Virus record (IMG/VR): IMGVR_UViG_3300021964_009390
Coordinates: 158,462 to 222,461 of that record
DNA: 64,000 bases
Reading direction: 5' to 3' (one strand)
Under the pieces are notes generated by a model. It saw only the letters and a list, made by a program, of their open reading frames with translations, had not been told where the DNA came from and did not search any database. Below, in pieces: positions 19,613-29,663 of the stretch; positions within the stretch are counted from its first letter, which is position 1; each line of letters begins with the position of its first letter. The translations under genes were made by a program, and so were the position numbers.

Positions 19613-20336
19613 ACTATTAATTGACGATACATCGTGTTTTGTAAACACGTTTTTGTCATCTATAACTAAAGTAACTGAAGATTGTATTTTAGATATAACA
19701 GATGACAAATTCACATGCTTGAGCGCCACATCTGACGGTACGCTAGTACAACTAGTTGAGATGCATAATGACAATAAATTCATACAGACATGCAACATTC
19801 CAGATATAAAGAGATTACATAAAATATTGGGGTGTGTACCACAGGAATTACCAACTGAACTCAAAGTCACACAAAACAGTATATCGTACAGTTCATCCGC
19901 CACTAGATTTAAATTTTATCTACTAGAGGATGGAATATTATCCACCCCTGCTGTAAGTGTAGAAAAAATAAAAAAACTAGAATATGATATAGAATTTACT
20001 GTACCATATGACAAATTGACAGAGCTAGTCAAAGGTAGTACATTTTCAAACGAAACTGAAAAGATGTACATATACACTGACGAGAACAATTCTGTGTATG
20101 GGGAGTTGACCGATCGAGAAAAGCCTAATGTAGACAGCTTTGCAGTACAATTACATCAAGGAATAGACAACTCCATATCCCCATTACCATTTAATTTTGA
20201 AAACATTCGAATATTGAGCAGCTCTAGATGTAATGAATATAAATTTTCAATAAACTCTCAATTAGGTGTAGTGAAAGTGGATATATCACGTAACAAGTGC
20301 TATATATCTTATATAATTTCAACACTATTAAAGTAA
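19605..20336 (+). CDS. gp45: Sliding clamp gp45
   Basis: 243 aa, two-domain beta-clamp-like pattern (CNIPDIKRL, FKFYLLEDGIL, ELTDR), replication context. Confidence 0.75.
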   Translation: MNKLLIDDTSCFVNTFLSSITKVTEDCILDITDDKFTCLSATSDGTLVQLVEMHNDNKFIQTCNIPDIKRLHKILGCVPQELPTELKVTQNSISYSSSATRFKFYLLEDGILSTPAVSVEKIKKLEYDIEFTVPYDKLTELVKGSTFSNETEKMYIYTDENNSVYGELTDREKPNVDSFAVQLHQGIDNSISPLPFNFENIRILSSSRCNEYKFSINSQLGVVKVDISRNKCYISYIISTLLK

Positions 20337-20339
20337 GCG

Positions 20340-20699
20340 ATGAAAGTAAGAAACAATTTGTACACCCCTAGTTATTTCATGAAACGTATGAAAGACAATG
20401 GTTATGGTATATGGAAAGTGTTTGACAAATACGGTCCACACGACAGCAGATACTGGACCATGTTGATCGACCCTGGAGGGTTCTCGGTATGGGTCACATG
20501 TTATTTTAATAAAGAGGAGTTGAATGATGTGTATTTTGAACTGGACGATGGTGGTAACCGAATACCTAAAAAATTGCTGATAAAAACCGCTAGTATTGAA
20601 ACAATAATATCCAATTTAATGAAATTTGGTATAGATAATGAGACAAAGTTTGATTCTTCTATTATGGATATAAATAATCTCAATGACGCGAGAAAATAA
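20340..20699 (+). CDS. Hypothetical protein
   Basis: 119-aa ORF in the coupled operon. Confidence 0.6.
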   Translation: MKVRNNLYTPSYFMKRMKDNGYGIWKVFDKYGPHDSRYWTMLIDPGGFSVWVTCYFNKEELNDVYFELDDGGNRIPKKLLIKTASIETIISNLMKFGIDNETKFDSSIMDINNLNDARK

Positions 20700-21021
20700 C
20701 AGAGGAGATGACAAAAAAAAGAGTACCCAACCGGACAAATCTGAAGAGTTATCTAAACAGTTTGACGACGCGTTGACCAATTTTTTAAAAAACCAAGCTA
20801 AAACCAAAAACAAATCTCTAAAAAATTACAAATCATTAGAAAATTTATTAAACCAATATTTAAACAGTTTCATATTGATAGGGTACACACAAGACACTAG
20901 ACAGTTTATAAGTTTAGTGAACGCTAAAAATGAGCAACATGCTGATTCGTTAAGTACCGCATTGAATAAATTTATTGTAAAAAACGCGCAAATTAAAAAT
21001 ATACCACCCGATATATACTGA
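20683..21021 (+). CDS. Hypothetical protein
   Basis: 112-aa ORF in the coupled operon. Confidence 0.55.
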   Translation: MTRENNRGDDKKKSTQPDKSEELSKQFDDALTNFLKNQAKTKNKSLKNYKSLENLLNQYLNSFILIGYTQDTRQFISLVNAKNEQHADSLSTALNKFIVKNAQIKNIPPDIY

Positions 21022-21995
21022 TGAAAAAAATTGCAATCTTCGGTCAAGGCTATGTAGGTACACAGCTAGAAGAATCCGCTCCACAACATGGTGCTCGAGC
21101 TTCTCATAATGATCTTGAAAATGTGTATGAAATAAAAACATATACTAAAAAAGAACACAAATACCACAAAGCTGAAAAATTTATAAAAATTTTAAACCAA
21201 TTCAAACCGGATTATGTAATCAATGCATGTGGATACACGGGTCGACCTAATGTAGATGCATGCGAAACCGACAAGCAAAATTGCTGGAACCTTAATGTGA
21301 ATTTACCGGTAACTATGTCTACTATATGCAGAACATATGATATACCCTTCATACACATAAGTAGCGGTTGTGTATATACAGGATACGATAAACATTATAC
21401 AGAAGAAGATCCCCCTAATTTTGGCATGGGCTCTACAGTAAGTAGTTGGTATAGTAAAACAAAGCATGCTGCAGAAATGCAGTTACAAGACGCTTATGTG
21501 TTTCGTATCCGCATGCCATTCTGTAACAATAACCATGAGAGGAATTTCCTCAACAAAGTATTGAAATATGACCGGTTGATTGAATATAAGAATTCCATGA
21601 CCTCTATTCCAGACTTCATGCGTTTTGTATGGAGATTTATTCACAGAATGGAGCTACAAAACACAGTAGACCTGCAACAATTACCCGGTGAAATGACTCC
21701 AGGTATTTACAACGTCTGCAACCCGGGAGCTATATCCATAAGCGATGTAGTTGAACTATTTAAACAGAACGGGATATCTAACTGCAACTGGTCATTTGTT
21801 GATATGGAATCTCTATCGTTAAAAGCGAATCGTTCCAACTGCTTATTAGATTGTTCTAAAATAGACAGACTGGGACTAGGATTACCTCCCGCGATTGATA
21901 GCTTAACGACATGTGTACAAGAGCTTTGCAAAAAATTATTATGGAAAACCGGATTGCAAGGACCTAAAACTGGTTTGGAGTGGCAAATAAGGTAA
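21021..21995 (+). CDS. NDP-sugar 3,5-epimerase/4-reductase (RmlD / NRS-ER-like SDR)
   Basis: IFGQGYVG Rossmann motif, NACGYTGRPNVDACE, HISSGCVY, catalytic YSKTK, RIRMPF. Confidence 0.85.
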   Translation: MKKIAIFGQGYVGTQLEESAPQHGARASHNDLENVYEIKTYTKKEHKYHKAEKFIKILNQFKPDYVINACGYTGRPNVDACETDKQNCWNLNVNLPVTMSTICRTYDIPFIHISSGCVYTGYDKHYTEEDPPNFGMGSTVSSWYSKTKHAAEMQLQDAYVFRIRMPFCNNNHERNFLNKVLKYDRLIEYKNSMTSIPDFMRFVWRFIHRMELQNTVDLQQLPGEMTPGIYNVCNPGAISISDVVELFKQNGISNCNWSFVDMESLSLKANRSNCLLDCSKIDRLGLGLPPAIDSLTTCVQELCKKLLWKTGLQGPKTGLEWQIR

Positions 21996-22240
21996 AAATT
22001 CACCCCGGTCAGCTGTATGCCGTAACCGCAGGTGACTATTTTGGTTGTAATATAGTGTGTATCAACGTACACAATAATAGTGTCATGTTTTTGGAGTTAA
22101 ACGAGATGAAAAACATGGATATAGACAAGTCAGATGTAACATCTGGAGTGGCTCACGGTGTTTTAGAGTTGCTAGATACACTACCAGACGATATAATGGA
22201 TACATGTATAAAGCAATATGAAAAAAACACTAATAATTGA
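21980..22240 (+). CDS. Hypothetical protein
   Basis: 86-aa ORF overlapping both neighbours. Confidence 0.5.
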   Translation: MANKVKIHPGQLYAVTAGDYFGCNIVCINVHNNSVMFLELNEMKNMDIDKSDVTSGVAHGVLELLDTLPDDIMDTCIKQYEKNTNN

Positions 22241-23129
22241 CAGTAATAATTTACTTTACAGAATATTTTACATGAACCGGGCCCGAGGTACCGATGTAAA
22301 CACCTTGCTTGTGTTTCTACGATGCTTGAAATCATATGTTGATTTAATTGATGGTGCAGACAATATCATCGCAGTGTGGGACAGCCGGTTATGTCGAGGT
22401 GAACCAAACTTTCGCCGCGTTTCCAAGCAAGCTGATTACAAAGGGAACCGAAACCATGACGGTCTAGAAGAAGCTCATGCATATGATGAGCAGATACAGC
22501 AATGTGTAGAGGCGTTGGGTGGAATCAACATGTTTCCTAGACGTATGGAAGCCGACGATGTTATAGCGTGGATAGCTCATAACAATCCGGACGAAAAAAT
22601 TACTATTGTGTCCGTAGACCAGGACATGTACCAACTCATAACAGACAATGTGTCAGTGTATACACCAATTAAAAAAGTTATTGTGAACAATAACAATTTT
22701 GAACAAATCACCGGTGTTACGAAAGATAATTTTATAAAATATAAGGCACTCATAGGAGACAAATCTGACAACATCCCTGGTGTCCCTAGAGTGGGTAAAA
22801 AAACCGCGCAAAAATTGATAACAGAAGGTATTGAAAACAAGCTATCTGAAGAGAATTTAAAGATATATCATAAAAATATAGAGTTGATGGATCTCGCGCA
22901 TGGTTACACAGTACATGATCACGAAATTGAAAGCTATCAAGAACAATTTTCACATATAAATGACAACCACCCGGATAAAACTAAATTCAAACAATTATGC
23001 ATACATAACGCGGTGTATGCGATATCTAACGACATTGACAATTGGTTTTCAACATTCTCTACACCACAAAACAATGTACCAAACGTCGTGAGCATGATCA
23101 ATAGCTTGAATCTACATAAAAATACATAA
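22218..23129 (+). CDS. rnh: T4 RNase H-like 5'-3' exonuclease
   Basis: IIDSNNL, WD, YKGNR, EADDVIA, SVDQDMYQL, GDKSDNIPGV..VGKKTA (H3TH). Confidence 0.92.
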   Translation: MKKTLIIDSNNLLYRIFYMNRARGTDVNTLLVFLRCLKSYVDLIDGADNIIAVWDSRLCRGEPNFRRVSKQADYKGNRNHDGLEEAHAYDEQIQQCVEALGGINMFPRRMEADDVIAWIAHNNPDEKITIVSVDQDMYQLITDNVSVYTPIKKVIVNNNNFEQITGVTKDNFIKYKALIGDKSDNIPGVPRVGKKTAQKLITEGIENKLSEENLKIYHKNIELMDLAHGYTVHDHEIESYQEQFSHINDNHPDKTKFKQLCIHNAVYAISNDIDNWFSTFSTPQNNVPNVVSMINSLNLHKNT

Positions 23130-23139
23130 ATAACTTTAC

Positions 23140-23337
23140 ATGAGCGACGAAATAAAATATACTGACAGGGTAGAACCTCGAATGATCGCGTCACCGTATG
23201 ATGGTAACACTGTGAAACCAAAATTGATCACTAAAGTGATGAATGGTTATCAAATTACAGAAGCCCATTGGCATTGCCCGACTACTGGTAGATTCATTCA
23301 AAAAGGCACTGTTGAGATTAAAAAAATAAAAAAATAA
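23140..23337 (+). CDS. Small hypothetical late protein
   Basis: 65 aa; CATAAATA 8 nt upstream. Confidence 0.55.
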   Translation: MSDEIKYTDRVEPRMIASPYDGNTVKPKLITKVMNGYQITEAHWHCPTTGRFIQKGTVEIKKIKK

Positions 23338-23345
23338 TTGTAGTG

Positions 23346-23374
23346 TTGCCAGGTAATATGTTGTAAGCTATAAT
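23346..23374 (+). promoter_or_regulatory. Sigma70 promoter of gp61
   Basis: TTGCCA-N17-TATAAT; ATG 7 nt downstream. Confidence 0.8.
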
Positions 23375-23380
23375 TCAACT

Positions 23381-24430
23381 ATGTTGAGTTTGTCTGATCA
23401 GTATGTTGTAGAGAAGTTTTGCCAATATGGTGGCTATCCATCATTCAACAAACGATCAAACGCATGGATGGCTGGGTGCCCTATGTGTAGGGAAGGGAAG
23501 AGCTGGGGTAAGAAGCGGAGGTTGTACTACAAAATTGACAAAAACTATTTATTTTGTTTCAATTGCGGGTGGAAAGGAGGGACAATCGAGTTTATAAAAC
23601 ATGTGACTGGTATGTCATTCAATGAGATAATGAATGAAAACAACAACTATGATACGTCTGATGTTGTAGAAGTAGATTCAAAGAAACCATCTATCACCAC
23701 CCCTAGCGAGACACTACCAGCTGATTCAATAAATTTATTCGACGATTCACAAACCAGCTGGTGGCTATCACAGCGGTCTGAAGATAGTAAAGTCATCCAC
23801 GATTGTATAGATTATATAAAGACGCGAAAACTAAATGTGGCCATAAACAAACCAATGTCAATATGGGTCAGCTTGAGCGATTATACACATAAAAACAGAC
23901 TGACATTGCCGTTCTATTCAACAGATGGAAAAATTATATTCTATCAAACCAGAGCCATGTATAAAGATGAATCCAAGCCCAAGTATTTGAGTAAATCCGG
24001 AAGCGAAAAGAGTATTTTTAATATAAACAATATCGTGTCAGATGTTGACAACATATATTTATTTGAAGGACCAATAGATAGCTGTTTTGTCAAAAATGGT
24101 GTAGCAGTTGCCGGTGTTACAAATGGCCCGAGCCAAGATTTGAACAGCTTGCAGCAGCAACAATTGAACGATTATAGATTGTATGGTAAAACTTGGGTGC
24201 TAGATTCACAATGGTTGGATGACACCAGTTTGCATAAGACAAAAATGTTAGCAGATCAAGGTGAGCATGTGTTCATATGGCCTGAATCTATTGGTAGATC
24301 GTATAAGGATTTAAATGATTTGTGTACGAACAAAAATTTACCAGGTATAGGTCACAAATTTGTAGACAGACACACCTACACGGGTATGAAAGCCAAGCTG
24401 ATGCTCAAGACGATCAGCTCTAGTCGTTAG
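23381..24430 (+). CDS. gp61: DNA primase gp61
   Basis: Zn finger CPMC...CFNCG, LPF, YQTRA, KYL, TOPRIM FEGPIDS, LDSQ, KDLND. Confidence 0.93.
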   Translation: MLSLSDQYVVEKFCQYGGYPSFNKRSNAWMAGCPMCREGKSWGKKRRLYYKIDKNYLFCFNCGWKGGTIEFIKHVTGMSFNEIMNENNNYDTSDVVEVDSKKPSITTPSETLPADSINLFDDSQTSWWLSQRSEDSKVIHDCIDYIKTRKLNVAINKPMSIWVSLSDYTHKNRLTLPFYSTDGKIIFYQTRAMYKDESKPKYLSKSGSEKSIFNINNIVSDVDNIYLFEGPIDSCFVKNGVAVAGVTNGPSQDLNSLQQQQLNDYRLYGKTWVLDSQWLDDTSLHKTKMLADQGEHVFIWPESIGRSYKDLNDLCTNKNLPGIGHKFVDRHTYTGMKAKLMLKTISSSR

Positions 24431-24842
24431 AAATTAAATAGCTTTTGAGACTCTCTGATAAGCTTCTCAAATCTTGAGCGATTCTACCAATTTTCTTAGT
24501 TTCACTCCGGGCAATATCGTCAAATATGGTGTCACATGGAGCATTGTTTATTTGAGAGTTGAGAGAACTCTCACCTAATCCGTTCAAATAATCTATAAAT
24601 TCTTCAATCTTAACAACCCATCCTTCGATTTGACCAGCGTATTCAGCGTTTTGTTGTTTTTGCAACTCCTCCGCAGGGTTACCTCCAGGACTTGCCATCG
24701 GCGCGCCTTCAGGTGCCGGCTCTACATCTAACATCGATGGGTCCGTACCAGGGTCCATTTGATTTTGTGCTGCATCTGCATCAGTCAATTCTTCCTGTTC
24801 TGTAACTAATGTTGTAAAAAATCGGTCAGTAAATGTTTTCAT
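24420..24842 (-). CDS. Acidic late protein, candidate internal head protein
   Basis: MKTFTDRFFTTLVTEQEE N-terminus; perfect TATAAATA 10 nt upstream. Confidence 0.6.
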   Translation of the reverse strand: MKTFTDRFFTTLVTEQEELTDADAAQNQMDPGTDPSMLDVEPAPEGAPMASPGGNPAEELQKQQNAEYAGQIEGWVVKIEEFIDYLNGLGESSLNSQINNAPCDTIFDDIARSETKKIGRIAQDLRSLSESLKSYLISND

Positions 24843-24851
24843 ATTGATAAT

Positions 24852-24873
24852 TATTTATACTCCGATATAAATA
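24852..24873. promoter_or_regulatory. Back-to-back T4-type late promoters
   Basis: TATAAATA on minus (24852-24859) and on plus (24866-24873), between divergent ORFs. Confidence 0.8.
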
Positions 24874-24880
24874 TAAACAG

Positions 24881-25276
24881 ATGAAACATTCAAAAAATAA
24901 CGATCAACAAGAAAAACAAACACTTTTCGAAGATTTAGTACAACAAGCAAACCAATATCAGGCCGGTGCTCATCCGATGGGGCGAGTACCAGGTAGTAAA
25001 AAATTGACCGTTCTTGATTTGTTGAGAGTGAACGACGAAGATGATGACAAAGCACCGCAAATATTACCATTCCAAATGAACACATTTGTAGAGGCTCTTG
25101 GTGATGTGTATGTACAACTAGTGGAAGTACAGAAAATGGTGGCTAGTGCATATAAATCGAGTGTTGTTAAGGACACAAACAAAATAAAAAATACACTCGT
25201 CACAATTAATAAAAACATACAGAAACAAAAACAAATGGTCAAAGAATGTGGTAAATTAATAGATAAAATAAATTAA
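24881..25276 (+). CDS. Hypothetical late protein
   Basis: 131 aa; perfect TATAAATA 8 nt upstream; C-terminal coiled coil. Confidence 0.6.
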   Translation: MKHSKNNDQQEKQTLFEDLVQQANQYQAGAHPMGRVPGSKKLTVLDLLRVNDEDDDKAPQILPFQMNTFVEALGDVYVQLVEVQKMVASAYKSSVVKDTNKIKNTLVTINKNIQKQKQMVKECGKLIDKIN

Positions 25277-25311
25277 GTTGCCACATTCGAGTATATATTT
25301 AAATATATTAT

Positions 25312-25761
25312 ATGCTTGATATATTAAAATCTTTGATGATAGTGTGTATTGTGTCATCTGCAATTGCATCTGTGTGCAATATGGTGTACGGTATATCACC
25401 GTACGGTGTGTTTGTCATAGCTACAATAATACAATTTGCTTCTAGCTGGTTCATGTCTACATACTTTACATACAAGGATAAACTGGCGAACACTCAGAGA
25501 CAAACCGCATTGATTTCTCAAATTGAGTCTGAAGCTACAGAAGCTCCTTGCGCTTACTGTGGTACAGTCAACTTAATACCCATCGCGCCAGACGGGGACA
25601 ATGATTTCAAATGCATCGGATGCGGGGAGACTAACGGTGTTTATGTAAATGTAACCGTGGCTCAAAAGTCAGTACCTCTGGATTCCCCCAGTTATTCTGT
25701 ATCCAATTTCGACTCACATTTGGAAACCGCCAAAAGATCGATACAAAACAGTGACTCATGA
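25312..25761 (+). CDS. Membrane protein with C-terminal zinc ribbon
   Basis: Two hydrophobic N-terminal segments; CAYC...CIGC. Confidence 0.6.
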   Translation: MLDILKSLMIVCIVSSAIASVCNMVYGISPYGVFVIATIIQFASSWFMSTYFTYKDKLANTQRQTALISQIESEATEAPCAYCGTVNLIPIAPDGDNDFKCIGCGETNGVYVNVTVAQKSVPLDSPSYSVSNFDSHLETAKRSIQNSDS

Positions 25762-26150
25762 AAAATATTGAAGCTGATGGAAAATCTAGTAGCAAGTTTC
25801 CACCCGTCGGTGAGAAACATAAAGTAACTACCACCCGAGATATACAAAATATAAACAATAATTTCTGGAATGAACAAAGTGTAGATTTACATTTGTGTTA
25901 CAAAAAAGGTACAGCATATGCCAACAACAGTAACAAAAAATCATCCATCAATTTAATTACAGAGTTGCTAGAATTGTTGAAACATCAATATAAGGAATCT
26001 ACAACACAACCGGATATAATAGACATTATTTTTAATAACATAAAAAACGACATGACTATATTGGAAAAAATCACCGACGATGTTGACAAAAATTGTATAT
26101 TGGCTACAATACAAGGATACACTTTGGGGTGTTTAAAAAAATATGAATAA
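25758..26150 (+). CDS. Hypothetical protein
   Basis: 130 aa, ATGA-coupled. Confidence 0.5.
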   Translation: MKNIEADGKSSSKFPPVGEKHKVTTTRDIQNINNNFWNEQSVDLHLCYKKGTAYANNSNKKSSINLITELLELLKHQYKESTTQPDIIDIIFNNIKNDMTILEKITDDVDKNCILATIQGYTLGCLKKYE

Positions 26151-26406
26151 AGAAAATTACGGAGACACGTTTGAATTAAAAAATGGTGAAGAAGTTGAAA
26201 TGAACCAAGATGAAGTGGCGAGATGGTGTTGTTTGATAGAGGCTATAGATGTGGTGAGCAAGAAAGGAACGCAAGTAGGGATGGACATGACTAAATCCTC
26301 ATGGATAAAGCCAATAGCTTTTCAGAAATACATAGACGAGAGAATGGATACTATGGTAGAAGAGATACAACGAGATAAAGATAATCACCAAATAAATATT
26401 TACTGA
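26143..26406 (+). CDS. Hypothetical protein
   Basis: 87 aa, overlapping neighbours. Confidence 0.55.
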   Translation: MNKENYGDTFELKNGEEVEMNQDEVARWCCLIEAIDVVSKKGTQVGMDMTKSSWIKPIAFQKYIDERMDTMVEEIQRDKDNHQINIY

Positions 26407-26765
26407 TGTTATACATAGTAGGTACACAAGTAGACACTAGAAATACACAACAACCAACTGGTCAGCTAGTGAACCGGAATGCGCGTCGAAAGGTGACGTG
26501 GCTTCCACCAGACGATATCTGGGAACTAGCCTCAATCCGCCGGTCTAGAGAAACAAACGATGTAGAGTATAGCTTCATGTCATGGAAAACAAAAGAATTC
26601 AAAACAGTACCATTCCCGGACTGTGGAGCTGCTGATCAGGCAATTGCATCCGCACGTAACGAGCAAATTGTTGATGACGATGATAGGTCCAAGGTGGATA
26701 TGGAAGAGAAGACTAGTCACTTAAATGATATTCTCAACCCAAAACCAAAACAAAGAGGTCAATAG
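26406..26765 (+). CDS. Hypothetical protein
   Basis: 119 aa; AATAAATA at 26391-26398. Confidence 0.55.
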   Translation: MLYIVGTQVDTRNTQQPTGQLVNRNARRKVTWLPPDDIWELASIRRSRETNDVEYSFMSWKTKEFKTVPFPDCGAADQAIASARNEQIVDDDDRSKVDMEEKTSHLNDILNPKPKQRGQ

Positions 26766-27547
26766 TAATCACCATATACTGCATCCCCTCCCCCGTAATC
26801 ACCGTAGTCAAATATATCATTAGATGTAATTGTAGACCAAGTGTCTGTGTTTTGTAGATACGGATCATATATACTATCTTCAGTCACTTGTGTACTACCA
26901 CCCTCCGGAGTGATATTATTCTCGAAACTAAAATCGAAACGTTTGGCTTTCAATAACCATATGTAATGCCCCATCAACGGGTTAATCTTTTGAATGTCTT
27001 GATCTAACCGTTCTGTTATTTCATATACACTACCATCTCGAGGAAACACTCGATCATTACCATATTCCGACAATCGAAAAATATCTCCGGATTTAGGCTC
27101 AATAACACCTTGCTTCGCGTCACCAGTACCACCCATATTAGAATAAAACGTGTCTATGTGTATATATGCAGTTACTTCATCATCACTATTGATACCAAAC
27201 TGACTCAACGTTAGAGCATTTTCATTCAACTCTATATACATAATCATTTTAATCGGGTCACCAAATGTTTGGTCTGAATCCTCACCGTACAATGGATCGT
27301 AATTGCCTAGATCATCACTAGCGGATTGATATAAAATTTCAGTACCATACATGCAAATCTGCTCTTTAAACCATTTGCTATAATTACCACGTTCATTGGC
27401 TGTGTTATTTTTATCTAGAAACCTGGCGCAACCGTTGTTAAATTTAAACACATTGTCTAAGGGAACCACTCCGGAACCTATGTCTATACAGTCCGGTTTT
27501 TTGGTTACAAACGGTTTGGGACAAAATTCATCTGGGTAGTTGCTCAT
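26759..27547 (-). CDS. gp14: Neck/head-closure protein gp14-like
   Basis: YGTEILY, DPLYGED...F, LSQFGI..DDE, EPKSGDIF, YEIT, YIWLLKAKRFDFSFE. Confidence 0.75.
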   Translation of the reverse strand: MSNYPDEFCPKPFVTKKPDCIDIGSGVVPLDNVFKFNNGCARFLDKNNTANERGNYSKWFKEQICMYGTEILYQSASDDLGNYDPLYGEDSDQTFGDPIKMIMYIELNENALTLSQFGINSDDEVTAYIHIDTFYSNMGGTGDAKQGVIEPKSGDIFRLSEYGNDRVFPRDGSVYEITERLDQDIQKINPLMGHYIWLLKAKRFDFSFENNITPEGGSTQVTEDSIYDPYLQNTDTWSTITSNDIFDYGDYGGGDAVYGDYY

Positions 27548-27897
27548 GCTCGCTGCAATACAAAATTATTAATGGTATCGTCCCAGTACATACGTATACC
27601 AGTTTTACCTAACATGCGTGGAGATTTTGTAGTGATGTTTCTGATATTATACTTGTTCTGGATGTATTTTAGGTCTTGTTCACCTACCGGTATTTTTTCA
27701 AAAGAATCTGAGTTTCTGAGCCGCTCGATTTTAGGGTTCAATGTAGGATCCACGCGATCTCTATCCGGCACTAGATTTTGACTACCTTGCCGCCATGGAG
27801 TGGCACCCATCCGCGCCGACTGTTGTCGGGTGGTGGTTTTACCAACAACCTGCTTCGCAGTGTTGAAATACGTTTCGAATAATGTGTCAAACTTCAC
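27544..27897 (-). CDS. Late hypothetical protein, candidate internal head protein
   Basis: (M)KFDTLFETYF N-terminus; TAAATA 8 nt upstream of the GTG start. Confidence 0.55.
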   Translation of the reverse strand: MKFDTLFETYFNTAKQVVGKTTTRQQSARMGATPWRQGSQNLVPDRDRVDPTLNPKIERLRNSDSFEKIPVGEQDLKYIQNKYNIRNITTKSPRMLGKTGIRMYWDDTINNFVLQRA

Positions 27898-27911
27898 TTA
27901 CTATTATTTAA

Positions 27912-29597
27912 TTACAATTGTTTCCATCCCTGAGATTCTAAATCAAATAGTTCAGAATCCATGCCAGTGGCTTGTCCAAACACCATAGGACTAGCGTCTA
28001 CATGCTCACCAGTACGTTGATTGGAGTATAGTCCGATCGGATTTACAAACTCCTTCACCCCATAGTCTAACTCTCGCAAAACTAAGGGACGTTCATTATC
28101 ATCATATTGTTCAATTTCAAAATATTTCTCAACAACTGTGTTCTCCAGAACAATCAATGCCCATAAAAAACTCATCACTCGGTCATCATAATAATTACCT
28201 TCTCGCGCTTTCCATGTACCGTTAGGATATCTCACAAAATTTTTCAATTCATGGACCAAAGCTTTGTCATACACACTGATACATTTCAACTGGGTGAGCC
28301 AGTATCTCATGTTCACAACACCCTTGTACTTGGTGTTGGTATGCGCGACAACACCTAGTCTCTCAACAGTACGTCCTTTGATTGTTGGTGCAAAACTAAC
28401 TATGTTCCTGTACCCCATCTCATTTGTTAGGTTGTCTACCACTTGAGCCCCGCAATTGTTTCTCTCTATAGCAACCAACGGGCTGCCCCAGTGTTGCAAT
28501 ATTTCATACAATTTTTTAGTGAAAAGGTAAGGACTGATTTCATTACTATGATATGTAGCCACTTGTTTGATGTTGCTCAAATGTGTGATGTCTAATATTT
28601 GTACACAGCTCGCATCTAGATTGACCCCTTCACTAACATCCACACCGACAGCATATATTTTGTCTTGTGATGGTTCTTCCCATAGAAGATACTTACCATC
28701 ATCAAAAATATACTCTGGATCATGACACGTGTTTTTCATCAACTCATGCAACTCGTCATCGATAGTGCTCTCCCCGGTCTGTAGAAATTGACATCCGAAT
28801 TCTTGGTCAAATGCCTCTTGACTACCCATGTTCCGGATTTGTTCTAGTTTCCATGCATCGTCTCTCCCCGGTACTTCCCACCAATCCACCCGTCCATGCG
28901 CCCATCCGTTAGTATTGTTGATCGCACCAGTGTAGAGTTTATGAAACAAATTTTCAGTACCGTTAGGTGTACTACTTATAAAAATTTTACTCTTCTTGAA
29001 ACTACTAATGATCGGATACACACTCTTCCAAAACTCATCAACTAGATGGTTATCAATAAAAGCTAGCTCGTCCAATATCAACACATTACAGCTCTGACCT
29101 CTTGCAGCGGTACCTGTGGTGGTACTGATACCAATAGTGGTACCATTACCCAGCGCCATGCTGGTTTTCCCATATTCTGTCACCCCTGGTTTCAACCAGT
29201 TGGGTAACTCTTCATAAGCCATCCGAACCCGCTTGAATATTTCAATAGCGGTACCTTCTTTGTTCGCAACTATGAGTATGCGTTGATCATCATTAAAACA
29301 TGCGTTCCAAAGTGCATACACTGTCATGAGTGTAGTTTTACCAACTTGTCGACTAGCTAACAATATAAAAAACCTATCGTCTCTCATTTTCCGGAGTATA
29401 CCTCGCTGATATTTGTGCAAAGTTATTGGATGCCGGCCTTTCTCGCTTATTATGTAGAAAAAATTCTCTGCAAAGTGCAATATATTCTTCTTACATTTCT
29501 TCATATGATACATCATCTCTGATGTCCATTCAAACTCCGCATCCGGTGTGGGTAAATTTTGGTTACCCAAGTAGTACTGTCCTTTTTTGCTGTTCAC
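27912..29597 (-). CDS. gp17: Terminase large subunit gp17
   Basis: YLGNQNL, YQ motif, ASRQVGKTT, LILDELAF, ISSTPNG, FDQEFGCQF, nuclease VGVDVSEG, DDRVM. Confidence 0.96.
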   Translation of the reverse strand: MNSKKGQYYLGNQNLPTPDAEFEWTSEMMYHMKKCKKNILHFAENFFYIISEKGRHPITLHKYQRGILRKMRDDRFFILLASRQVGKTTLMTVYALWNACFNDDQRILIVANKEGTAIEIFKRVRMAYEELPNWLKPGVTEYGKTSMALGNGTTIGISTTTGTAARGQSCNVLILDELAFIDNHLVDEFWKSVYPIISSFKKSKIFISSTPNGTENLFHKLYTGAINNTNGWAHGRVDWWEVPGRDDAWKLEQIRNMGSQEAFDQEFGCQFLQTGESTIDDELHELMKNTCHDPEYIFDDGKYLLWEEPSQDKIYAVGVDVSEGVNLDASCVQILDITHLSNIKQVATYHSNEISPYLFTKKLYEILQHWGSPLVAIERNNCGAQVVDNLTNEMGYRNIVSFAPTIKGRTVERLGVVAHTNTKYKGVVNMRYWLTQLKCISVYDKALVHELKNFVRYPNGTWKAREGNYYDDRVMSFLWALIVLENTVVEKYFEIEQYDDNERPLVLRELDYGVKEFVNPIGLYSNQRTGEHVDASPMVFGQATGMDSELFDLESQGWKQL

Positions 29598-29604
29598 TTA
29601 ATCT

Positions 29605-29644
29605 TATTTATATAAGGTCAATTGTATATAAAGAGCCATAAATA
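29605..29644. promoter_or_regulatory. Divergent late promoters (gp17 / 29664 ORF)
   Basis: TATAAATA on minus at 29605-29612 (8 nt before the gp17 GTG); CATAAATA on plus at 29637-29644. Confidence 0.75.
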
Positions 29645-29663
29645 ATATTGAAAGGATAACAGG

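Noticed and set aside
849-29597. Inteins, group I introns or homing endonucleases in uvsW, gp43, uvsX, gp41, gp61 and gp17
   Set aside because: All are uninterrupted and of normal length; no LAGLIDADG, GIY-YIG, HNH or intein motifs seen.
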